Positions 28,880-36,910 of a stretch of 45,755 nt of DNA are shown one piece after another. Both the position numbers and the translations under genes were made by a program. The stretch's first letter is position 1; the number at the start of each line of letters is the position of its first letter. The DNA is from a virus (Duplodnaviria > Heunggongvirae > Uroviricota > Caudoviricetes): the IMG/VR virus record IMGVR_UViG_2703718845_000006. One strand, given 5' to 3'. The notes beneath the pieces are model-generated. The model did no database searches and had not been told where the DNA came from. It was given only the letters and a program-made list of their open reading frames with translations.

Positions 28880-30040
28880 ATGACTACACTCAAAGAACTC
28901 AAAGAAGAGCTTGCTCAGATACAAGATGAACACGCTAAGAACAGAAAAAAGGCTGAAATTGCAGCTTTAACCGCTTCCGCTGACAATGAAATCAGACTCG
29001 CTCAGAGAAACATTGGATACAATGTACGTGAGTGGACCGTTGAAGTCATTATTCAAAAGTATGGTGATAATATTGAAAATGACAAAAACGAGCTTTTTAT
29101 TCCAGATTATCAACGTGATTACAAGTGGGATACAAAAACAGCCTCTCGCTTTATAGAAAGTATTCTATTAGACTTTCCAATACCTTACCTTTACATTGCT
29201 GATGTATTTAATGAAGACCCTGAATTAGATGGTAGGGTAGAAATCATTGATGGTTCACAACGGATACGCTCTATTTATTATTTTTGGAACGATCAATTTG
29301 AGTTAAAGGATTTGAAAGAGCTTAAAAGTTTAGAAGGTTTCAAATTTTCAGATCTTTTAGCTAGCCGCCAAAGAAGATTTTTAAGAGCTTCACTAAGATT
29401 TATTGAGTTGAAAGGTGATGTTGAGGAACAACATAGAAGAGATTTATTTGAAAGGATCAACTCAGGTGTTAAAAGATTAGAAGCGATGGAAGTGAGGCAT
29501 GGCTCAGATGCTGCTACCTCAATGTTCTATAAAGATGTTGTGACCCCATGCTCAACAAACTCACTTTTTTCCCAACTAGCTCCATTATCAGACCGGAAAC
29601 GGTCGAATGGCGATCATCGTGAGTTAGTTTTGAGATTTTTTGCATATTTAAATGATTTAGAAAACTATAAGGGATTTGTCCGTCCCTTTATTGATAATTA
29701 TTTAAATGAACAAGCAGCAGCTGTGACTACTCAACAAGATGTTGATAATTTTAAACATGATTTTGAAATGATGCTTGCTTTTGTTGCTACCCATTTCCCT
29801 ATTGGCTTTAAAAAGACCGCAACAAGTAAAACCACCCCACGAGCCAGATACGAAGCCATTGCCGTGGGAACTGCACTTGCATTAAAAACTAACCCACAAC
29901 TCCAGAGTCCAGCCGTACCTGTAGGTGAATGGCTATTTGAAGAGGAATTTGAAACACTTGTTACTGCTGATAGTGCAAACAATACCAGCCAGCTAAAAAA
30001 CAGAATCTTTTACGTTAAAAATAAGTTGTTAGGGATTTAA
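28880..30040 (+). CDS. DUF262 (ParB-like nuclease/NTPase, GmrS-like) domain protein, 386 aa
   Basis: IPDYQRDYKW and DGSQR (aa 124-128, nt 29249-29263) match the DUF262 signature; AAGGAA RBS 8 nt before the ATG; AT-rich; no DUF1524/HNH-like C-terminal domain recognised. Confidence 0.85.
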   Translation: MTTLKELKEELAQIQDEHAKNRKKAEIAALTASADNEIRLAQRNIGYNVREWTVEVIIQKYGDNIENDKNELFIPDYQRDYKWDTKTASRFIESILLDFPIPYLYIADVFNEDPELDGRVEIIDGSQRIRSIYYFWNDQFELKDLKELKSLEGFKFSDLLASRQRRFLRASLRFIELKGDVEEQHRRDLFERINSGVKRLEAMEVRHGSDAATSMFYKDVVTPCSTNSLFSQLAPLSDRKRSNGDHRELVLRFFAYLNDLENYKGFVRPFIDNYLNEQAAAVTTQQDVDNFKHDFEMMLAFVATHFPIGFKKTATSKTTPRARYEAIAVGTALALKTNPQLQSPAVPVGEWLFEEEFETLVTADSANNTSQLKNRIFYVKNKLLGI

Positions 30041-30042
30041 AA

Positions 30043-30732
30043 ATGAGTCTAATTGATTTACGAGATGAATATGAAGAAAGAGCAAGAGACATTATGGAAC
30101 TGCTTTCTCTTGCATCATCTATAGAGATTCATACTCAGCAGTTAGATCCGCAAGCGCATCAAGATGAAATAGAATCTAATATCCTAAGGGTAAATATTTT
30201 AAAATCATCCGTTCATATGATGCTATATAATCAAGTTGAAAATACTGCCAGAGGTTGCATCGAGTCAATTTATGATCATTTACAAGATAATGAGGTGAAT
30301 TACGCATCACTCAGGGAGAAGCTTCAAGTAAATATATTACATAGAATTGTTTCAGATAATGAAACAGGGCAATCCCTTTATAAAAAGATAGGCACTGACA
30401 TTTCCAAAAGAATAATTTCAGCCTCATTGAATATTCGTAAAGAATTCAATGGTAATGTTTGCAAGCCTGTATTACACAAAATAACGCAGGCTTACGGAAT
30501 AACTATCGCAAACTCACCTGAATGTAGAAATGGTATTGACTTAGACTTGCTTAAGGATATCAGAAACGAACTCGCGCATGGAAGTACTAGCTTCTCTAAA
30601 AAGGGGCAAATTGACCCCTTAGAAGAAGTTAAGTCTAGAGCAGAGAGAGTTGATCTATATCTTCGTTTATTAATAAACTCAACTGAAGATTATATTATCT
30701 CTAACGGATATTTATCCCCTCAACATGCCTAA
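30043..30732 (+). CDS. HEPN-like protein (putative nuclease), 229 aa, translationally coupled to the DUF262 gene
   Basis: Starts 2 nt after the DUF262 stop; R-x4-H motif RNELAH at aa 174-179 (nt 30562-30579) in a predicted helical protein; 3' end overlaps the convergent methyltransferase gene by about 32 bp. Confidence 0.75.
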   Translation: MSLIDLRDEYEERARDIMELLSLASSIEIHTQQLDPQAHQDEIESNILRVNILKSSVHMMLYNQVENTARGCIESIYDHLQDNEVNYASLREKLQVNILHRIVSDNETGQSLYKKIGTDISKRIISASLNIRKEFNGNVCKPVLHKITQAYGITIANSPECRNGIDLDLLKDIRNELAHGSTSFSKKGQIDPLEEVKSRAERVDLYLRLLINSTEDYIISNGYLSPQHA

Positions 30733-31741
30733 CAAACGTTCTCCCTATTACTTGGCCAATTATAGGGGGAACAGCATTACCAATCATCGTTCCTAACTTT
30801 TGGAATGAAAAAGGCGTATTTTTTCCAATAAATTTATAATCCATAGGAAAAGATTGTAAAATAGCAGCTTCACGCAAAGTTATTGCTCTATTTTGCTCAG
30901 GATGTCCGAATCGCCCATTACCATATCCATAACATTGGGTAGTTATTGTAGGACTAGTATCGTCCCAAACCATCCGTCCATAAACACTTTTATAGGTAGC
31001 ACCTGAATGCTTTTTATGGCAATCCGCTCTAATTTCTTCAGGCCAATCATCCCACGTACCACCTGGTAAAGAGTGCAAGATTCGTTTAAGGTTAATATCC
31101 CTTAATTTAGGCGAACGATGCAATGGATCACTTTCGAGTTTCTCCCCTGCACCTATTTTTGGCAACTGACCAATAGCATCCTTTACTGTAACTTTACGGC
31201 TTACTTTTTTTTGATCAAGGCTGATTGGCCCCAATATGGACCCAATTAGAATTAATCTACGTCTATTTTGAGGCAAGCCATACTCGGAACATTTTACAAC
31301 GTCGTACCACAGATGATACCCAAGAGTCTTTAATACACTAACAAACTCTTCAAAAACCTTATGATTTCTAAGTTGAGGAACATTTTCCATAGTCACAAGC
31401 TCTGGCATGACATCACTTACAATCCTCTGAAACTCAGATAAAAGACGCCACTTTGTATCATCTTTTCTGCTATTTGGATTACGATACTTGGAAAACGGTT
31501 GGCAAGGGGCACAGCCTGCAAGTAATCTAATATTTCCTTCCTTGAACATAGCAGACACATCGCTGGATTGCAGTTCAGTAACTGACTGGTTAATGAACTT
31601 CGTTAAGGGATTATTGCTCTCAATAGCGAAACGGCAGGACTCATCAATATCAATGCCATGAGAAACTTCAATCCCGGCTTTTTTTAGCCCAAAAGTTAAG
31701 CCCCCTGCGCCACAAAAAATGTCTACTGCTTGAATGTTCAC
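30701..31741 (-). CDS. DNA (cytosine-5) methyltransferase
   Basis: Motif I FCGAGG, motif IV GCAPCQPFS (PCQ), motif VI ENV, motif VIII QNRRR, motif X GNAVPP; GTG start with GGAGA RBS; a TATAAT hexamer lies in the 80-bp gap after Q. Confidence 0.9.
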   Translation of the reverse strand: MNIQAVDIFCGAGGLTFGLKKAGIEVSHGIDIDESCRFAIESNNPLTKFINQSVTELQSSDVSAMFKEGNIRLLAGCAPCQPFSKYRNPNSRKDDTKWRLLSEFQRIVSDVMPELVTMENVPQLRNHKVFEEFVSVLKTLGYHLWYDVVKCSEYGLPQNRRRLILIGSILGPISLDQKKVSRKVTVKDAIGQLPKIGAGEKLESDPLHRSPKLRDINLKRILHSLPGGTWDDWPEEIRADCHKKHSGATYKSVYGRMVWDDTSPTITTQCYGYGNGRFGHPEQNRAITLREAAILQSFPMDYKFIGKNTPFSFQKLGTMIGNAVPPIIGQVIGRTFVRHVEGINIR

Positions 31742-31820
31742 AAGATTCTCCGTTACTTTACCCTGGTATTATATACACATAAAAGTTGGGAAAGTAGAAT
31801 GATTTTACATAGCACTTAAC

Positions 31821-32189
31821 TCATTGTATTAAATAAAAAAATGACAAGCATCCATCAATAAACCCCATAGCTGTTTGCATATCTTTTCGAACTGTTCCGT
31901 CTGAACATTTCCGCTTCTTTGCAATTGTACGGAGCGAAATGCCAACAACAAAGTGAGCAATTATCAGCTCATACTCTGCCGGCTTGTATTTACGCAACCT
32001 AGCGACACAACCGTCTATTATGATGCCCTCATCATCATCGCACTGAATCCGGGACTTTCTGCCATGAGGTAAAAGCCGCTTGAAGCCAGCAGCTACCGGT
32101 TGCCAGTCCACACCACTGTTTTCTGCAGCAGCCCATGCCCCCCAGCGGTCCAAAACTTCATACATATCACGCATCAACTTTCTCCACAA
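31821..32189 (-). CDS. Q: Late-gene antitermination protein Q (Phage_antitermQ family)
   Basis: 122 aa; VLDRWGAWAAA..DWQPVAAGFKRLLP..IQCDDDEG.IIDGCVARL..CSDGTV pattern of the small Q family found in E. coli prophages (as recalled). Confidence 0.85.
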   Translation of the reverse strand: MWRKLMRDMYEVLDRWGAWAAAENSGVDWQPVAAGFKRLLPHGRKSRIQCDDDEGIIIDGCVARLRKYKPAEYELIIAHFVVGISLRTIAKKRKCSDGTVRKDMQTAMGFIDGCLSFFYLIQ

Positions 32190-32191
32190 AA

Positions 32192-33187
32192 TCAGGCCAG
32201 CACGCCAATTGCCAGCGCACGATCGATAAAACGAAATATCAGCTCCAGCTGGGAACCATACTTCTCTTCAAATGCCACGGTATCCGCATGCAGCTCGTCG
32301 TGATGCTTTCTGCACAAAGGCAACACAAAGAGGTCATGCGCTTTTGTACCCATTCCCCCCTGACCGTGGCCTATCAGGTGGTGGGGATCATCAGCAGGCT
32401 TTCCACAACATGCACACGGCTGTGTCTTAACCCAGCGTGTGTACTTTTCATTAACCCAGCGGCGACGTTTTGGGCGTAACATAAAAGACTCCGGCGACTC
32501 CGGATCCACTTTCAGCGCCAGCACATTTTTCGCCTTATCCTGGATGATGCTGGTGGCAGGAACCGAAGGCACAAGGTCACTTTCCCGGGTGACAGACGGC
32601 ACAACAGGCTTCGGTAATCTCAGTGCCTTACGGGCTGCACTTTCCGGTAAGGCATCCGCCAGGTCATTACGAATCAGCCACCAGCACAGTTCCGGCATTG
32701 TCACAACGTGACTGTCATCAAAACCGAGATCCCGACGCACAACAGACAACACCCAGCGGGCACAGTTATCCGTTGCCATTGATTCCAGCCGTTCCGTGAA
32801 CTGATCACGCAGCTGGTTATCGCAGTGCCAGCACAGACGGATTGCGCCCGGCGCGTGTCGCATTGTGGTCATGTTCTCGCTGTGCCAATCGGAATGAGGC
32901 CACTGGCAGCCTTTTTCACGAAGTAACCAGCTTTCAAGACATTCCACGCCACCAGCACGACGGATCACTGCCTCATTGCGGAACACGGCCCGAACGGCAG
33001 GATCATCCGCCAGCGGTTGTGATGCCGCCGGAACGGCACCACTGGCGAAAGATGAATAACGTTCCGGCTCAGGCTCCAGCAGGACACGCCCCTGCATAAA
33101 CAGGGGCATCAGCTCTGAACCTGGCCTGAACAATACGATCCCCATACGCGGGGCAATTTCAGGGGTCAGTAATGCTCTCACGGTCAC
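32192..33187 (-). CDS. DUF968 (YdfU-like) nin-region protein
   Basis: 331 aa; C-terminal Cys/His cluster (CACCGKPADDPHHL..HD..LPLCRKHHDELH); position next to Q. Confidence 0.7.
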   Translation of the reverse strand: MTVRALLTPEIAPRMGIVLFRPGSELMPLFMQGRVLLEPEPERYSSFASGAVPAASQPLADDPAVRAVFRNEAVIRRAGGVECLESWLLREKGCQWPHSDWHSENMTTMRHAPGAIRLCWHCDNQLRDQFTERLESMATDNCARWVLSVVRRDLGFDDSHVVTMPELCWWLIRNDLADALPESAARKALRLPKPVVPSVTRESDLVPSVPATSIIQDKAKNVLALKVDPESPESFMLRPKRRRWVNEKYTRWVKTQPCACCGKPADDPHHLIGHGQGGMGTKAHDLFVLPLCRKHHDELHADTVAFEEKYGSQLELIFRFIDRALAIGVLA

Positions 33188-33188
33188 C

Positions 33189-33998
33189 TCAATGAACGGT
33201 ATCGAGCAGCTTTAACAGCTCAGGGAATCGGGATTCGAAGAAATGCGGCTGCGTCTCGCGCGGATTTGCGGGACTGGTGATGTTCTTGCCGAACATGCAA
33301 CCTTTCGCTGTCAGCGACCAGAATTTTTTGATGTTGTTAATCGCAGTACGACTGTATCGTTCGCGCTGCTCGACGATCCCCAGTTTCACCATCTGGTGAT
33401 ATGCCTGATTAGCCGTCAGGCGGATACCATACTGTTTCAGCAGTGCACTCAGCGACAGCGTAGGGCGACTTGAGCCATCAGGCGCGTCAGCAGGAGCATC
33501 AATGGCATAGCGCGGTGCCAGATTCGGTAAGCCAACAGCCTCCTGGAGTTTCTGACAGGCACCAAGCACTGAAGAGTTAGACAGGTTTAACTCCCTGCGC
33601 ATAAAGTCCAGCAGAATCACTCCAGCCTGCATCTTGTCAGCAGCCTGCCCGGATAATTTTTCCGGTGCGCTGGTTACCATATCGAAAGTACGGATCACCT
33701 TCAGATGGAATGACGGGCTGATCCACATTGCATAGGCATACACCAGTTCTTTGCAGACATACGTCCCCTGGTTATTTCCGCCATTAATGACGCTAACTGG
33801 TTGATTTTGTTCCAGAGGCGGAATTCCACCCTCGGTGAAAAGTTGTTCAATCAATTCACAGGTTTGCTTATTGGAGAGCCAGTATTTCGGGCGGTTTTTT
33901 TGTTCTCCCCCGGCTGCCCTGTGCAGATCGTTCAGGCTGTAACGCCCATAAGCATCACGACGAACTTCAATACCATCAATAACCATCAGATTATTCAT
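33189..33998 (-). CDS. KilA-N domain protein
   Basis: N-terminal MVIDGIEVRRDAYGRYSLNDLHRAAGG...YWLSNKQTCELIEQL...YVCKELVYAYAMWISPSFHLKVIRTF fits the KilA-N pattern. Confidence 0.75.
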   Translation of the reverse strand: MNNLMVIDGIEVRRDAYGRYSLNDLHRAAGGEQKNRPKYWLSNKQTCELIEQLFTEGGIPPLEQNQPVSVINGGNNQGTYVCKELVYAYAMWISPSFHLKVIRTFDMVTSAPEKLSGQAADKMQAGVILLDFMRRELNLSNSSVLGACQKLQEAVGLPNLAPRYAIDAPADAPDGSSRPTLSLSALLKQYGIRLTANQAYHQMVKLGIVEQRERYSRTAINNIKKFWSLTAKGCMFGKNITSPANPRETQPHFFESRFPELLKLLDTVH

Positions 33999-34017
33999 AC
34001 TTCGTTTCTCCTCTTAA

Positions 34018-34407
34018 TCAGGCGGCTGCACCCGCCGGTTTCTCATACTTACTGATAGTGATCTCGACCTTCCCTTTCGGGATAACCGGTCCCCACTCCA
34101 CCAGCATTCTTTTCACCTGTCTGTCGTCTTCCCACACACCCGCGTGGGTCAGGGCGTCAAACAGCGCCTTGTTATAGTTGTCCAGATCGCGGATCCGGTT
34201 ATCCGGAGGAAACAACACGATCTCCACTGAAGCAGGTGCCGACGTTGGTTTTGGCAGACGACGTAACTGCTCAACTATTGCTGCGCACGCCGCGCTCTGA
34301 AATTTTCGCCCCGCCGCGCTTATCAGGCTCTTACCAGCAAATGCCCCTTTGTTGGGGTGTCGCCAGTAGGTGTTCACGCTGGGCGGGAAAGGCAGGATCA
34401 GCTTCAT
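34018..34407 (-). CDS. rusA: RusA-family Holliday junction resolvase
   Basis: 129 aa; FPPSVNTYWR...RIRDLDNYNKALFDALTHAGVWEDDRQV matches the RusA catalytic core. Confidence 0.9.
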   Translation of the reverse strand: MKLILPFPPSVNTYWRHPNKGAFAGKSLISAAGRKFQSAACAAIVEQLRRLPKPTSAPASVEIVLFPPDNRIRDLDNYNKALFDALTHAGVWEDDRQVKRMLVEWGPVIPKGKVEITISKYEKPAGAAA

Positions 34408-34730
34408 ACTTTCAGGCCTCTCTCATGTAACCAGTGAGTTGCACGCAGCCTTGCGTTTTCCTCACCGGCAAGCAGTGAGCGGATAATCCCGACCGCCTCG
34501 CTGTCGTCGTCCTTCACCGCGGTATGAAGCGTGATCCCCCGGGCCACACCACGCTTTATCGTGATGACGCCTTTTTTCTCCAGTGCGCGAAGATGCTCCA
34601 CCGCTGCATTCACCGAACGGTATCCCAGCATGGTTGCCACCTCCTGATTGGTTGGCGGGAAGCCACGCTCTTTCTGATAAGAAATCAGCATATCCAGCAC
34701 CTGCTGCTGGCATTGAGTTAACGTCGTCAT
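34404..34730 (-). CDS. Stand-alone LexA-type N-terminal DNA-binding domain protein (no peptidase domain)
   Basis: LTQCQQQVLDMLISYQKERGFPPTNQEVATMLGYRSVNAAVEHLRALEKKGVITIKRGVARGITL parallels the LexA winged-helix domain; 108 aa with no S24 Ser/Lys dyad. Confidence 0.7.
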   Translation of the reverse strand: MTTLTQCQQQVLDMLISYQKERGFPPTNQEVATMLGYRSVNAAVEHLRALEKKGVITIKRGVARGITLHTAVKDDDSEAVGIIRSLLAGEENARLRATHWLHERGLKV

Positions 34731-35380
34731 GCCGCCATCTCCCTGACCAGCTTTTCCGCCTGCAGGCGAACCTGCGCCAGAAACGCCTCACCACATGCCT
34801 CAAGTTCATCGCGCCCGATGTAGCTGATTGCCGGTCCCTTCCAGGTCTTGTCGAAAACAGCAATAGCACCAGCGAAGAAAGCGCCTGTCGGCACCTGCTT
34901 CTCATCCTTCGGGATAAACCAGGCAGGCAGTTCAAAACCAATACGCCCGCGAATAAAAGCAATATGATCTGCATCTTCCGGCCACCACACTTCGCTGGTG
35001 GCAGCTTTGATCAGGAAAACATAGCGCCCGCCCTTATCACGCATGGCACTGGCATGCTTCATGATGTAACGCATGCCGGTGATGTATTGCCCCTCATGCT
35101 GACTGGCGCGGCTGTATGGGGGATTTCCAAAGGCAGCACCTTTAAGCTCCGCAAGGCGTTCTGACCAGTCATGCGCCAGCGCGTTGTCTTCCGCCGTGTA
35201 ATACGCAGCACATTTGGCGTTATCACCGTCAGTGAACAGATCCAGAACAAACGGACCAAACAGGGTGTTAATTCCCCAGAAAATGTTGTCCGGCGTGCGC
35301 CACTGATCGCCCACTTCCTTCAGTTCATGGGCTGGTTTGTTCCGCAGTTCCACCAGCTCCTGGCAATATTTATTACTCAT
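34727..35380 (-). CDS. Phage-type DNA N6-adenine methyltransferase (Dam-like)
   Basis: W.TPDNIFWGINTLFGPFVLDLF...GNPPYS (NPPY motif); start taken at MSNKYCQ. Confidence 0.85.
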   Translation of the reverse strand: MSNKYCQELVELRNKPAHELKEVGDQWRTPDNIFWGINTLFGPFVLDLFTDGDNAKCAAYYTAEDNALAHDWSERLAELKGAAFGNPPYSRASQHEGQYITGMRYIMKHASAMRDKGGRYVFLIKAATSEVWWPEDADHIAFIRGRIGFELPAWFIPKDEKQVPTGAFFAGAIAVFDKTWKGPAISYIGRDELEACGEAFLAQVRLQAEKLVREMAA

Positions 35381-35874
35381 TAAGCCCCCACGTAATTCCC
35401 TGACAGATACCACTCATCACCCGATACAGCGCGCTTGCTGCTTTTCCGTAAACACTGCTCACGACGCGCCAGAAAATTGTTTCGTTCTGGCTGGGAGTGG
35501 CTTTCACGGAATGCCGCCATCCACACCGTTGCAGCACGACGGTATAAGCCCCTGGACTCCAGTTCTTCAGCCTGGCGGGTCAGGCATAAAATCTCCCGCG
35601 GGTCGTTAGTGCCGACATAGAAATTGCGCACAGGTCTGGTTTCACGAACTGGTTGCCGTTCCGCCTCCGGCGATATCTTTGTCTGGCGCGGGAAATGTCT
35701 GCGTGTATCCCCTTCACAACGGTGAGCCACACGCCCACTCTGACGTAACTTGCTTGCTGACTGCAGAACGCGCTGCCGTGAGTAACCTGCAAAAGCATCC
35801 GCAATGTCTCCGGAAGTACACCCCGGATGGGCTTCAATGAATTTCTGAACTTCATTCAAAAGACTCATGATCAC
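35380..35874 (-). CDS. Putative PerC-family transcriptional regulator
   Basis: LESRGLYRRAATVWMAAF resembles the PerC signature; 164 aa downstream of the replication gene. Confidence 0.45.
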   Translation of the reverse strand: MIMSLLNEVQKFIEAHPGCTSGDIADAFAGYSRQRVLQSASKLRQSGRVAHRCEGDTRRHFPRQTKISPEAERQPVRETRPVRNFYVGTNDPREILCLTRQAEELESRGLYRRAATVWMAAFRESHSQPERNNFLARREQCLRKSSKRAVSGDEWYLSGNYVGA

Positions 35875-36689
35875 CCCCTGAATCCTGCCGGGATCTGGCT
35901 GTAGTCCACGTTGTCGTAACTGGCTTTGAAGTACGGGTCCTCACGTCTGGCTGCAGATACCGCAGGAACTTCCCAGGATTCTTCGAAATGACGATCCGGA
36001 CCAAAGAACGTGACAGCCTGTTTCACAAATTGTGTGCCGCTGTTACCCATCGCAGATACCCAGCCCGCATAGCGTTTCACACCTTCCAGCATGGTTTCGG
36101 GGTTTACCCCCTCATTCAAACGGGCTTTCCAGGCTTTGAAGGCTGCAGATTTTGAATTGCCACCAGCACGTTTGGGATATGCCAGCCATGCCTGCTCAAA
36201 CTCCGGAGAGTATTCCGGTCGGTTTGAACGAACTCGCACAGACTCATCAGCAGATGCACCAACAGCTATTGGTTCATTGACTGGTTCTTTGACTGGTTCA
36301 AAAGAGTGACTGGTTCTGGGTGAATCTCCTGCACTACCCCCTAGTGCAACTCCTGCACTACCTGGTGAATTTGCTGCACCAGATAGTGAATTATTTGCAC
36401 TACCCCCTAGTGAATCTCCTGCACCATCCAGATGAAGGAGATAGATATTACTTGAGTTACCTTTTTCACCTTTCCGGGTGACTTTTTTTACCAGCCCGGA
36501 CTCACAAAGGGCCGCAATATGATTCATCACAGAACGTTTGCTAATCTCGCACTGGTCAGCAATATGCTGGTAGCTGGGCCAGCACTCACCCTGATCGCTG
36601 GCATTATCAGCCAGCTTGATCAGAACCAGTTTTCGCAATGGATTACCCACTCGAATTTTCATCGCTTTAACCATCAGCTCCATACTCAT
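35871..36689 (-). CDS. Replication initiation protein (O-like replisome organiser) with N-terminal winged-helix domain and internal repeat region
   Basis: N-terminal LRKLVLIKLADNASDQGECWPSYQHIADQCEISKRSVMNHIAALCESGLVKK; central Gly/Ser/Ala repeats encoded by DNA iterons; position downstream of cro/cII. Confidence 0.7.
   Translation of the reverse strand: MSMELMVKAMKIRVGNPLRKLVLIKLADNASDQGECWPSYQHIADQCEISKRSVMNHIAALCESGLVKKVTRKGEKGNSSNIYLLHLDGAGDSLGGSANNSLSGAANSPGSAGVALGGSAGDSPRTSHSFEPVKEPVNEPIAVGASADESVRVRSNRPEYSPEFEQAWLAYPKRAGGNSKSAAFKAWKARLNEGVNPETMLEGVKRYAGWVSAMGNSGTQFVKQAVTFFGPDRHFEESWEVPAVSAARREDPYFKASYDNVDYSQIPAGFRG
36278..36440. repeat. Iteron-like direct repeats inside the replication gene (candidate origin)
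   Basis: Three copies of TGACTGGTTC (36278, 36290, 36307) followed by about five ~21-24-bp units of the form (g)aatctCCTGCACtaCCccctaGTG (36322-36430). Confidence 0.6.
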
Positions 36690-36910
36690 GCTGCACCTCC
36701 GAGATGCTTCATGTTTTTTCCGGAGCGAAAGGTTATAAGCGGCATACTGACGCGGTAATTACGGCCCAGCGGTTCACAAATCACCTTCTGACATTCACGG
36801 TCCACCAGGCTAACACGTAGAACATGCCCTGCAGGTGTGGTGTACCACTGACCCGGACGAGGACAACGGAAAGTCTGATTGGTAAACCGTTTGAAAATAT
36901 TCCGGATCAT
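36686..36910 (-). CDS. Hypothetical small protein
   Basis: 74-aa ORF between the Rha-domain ORF and the replication gene; no recognised motif. Confidence 0.35.
   Translation of the reverse strand: MIRNIFKRFTNQTFRCPRPGQWYTTPAGHVLRVSLVDRECQKVICEPLGRNYRVSMPLITFRSGKNMKHLGGAA

Noticed and set aside
36278-36440. Direct repeats considered as a possible CRISPR array
   Set aside because: Units are about 12-24 bp with no regular spacers, lie inside a coding sequence in frame, and fit origin iterons; no cas genes present.
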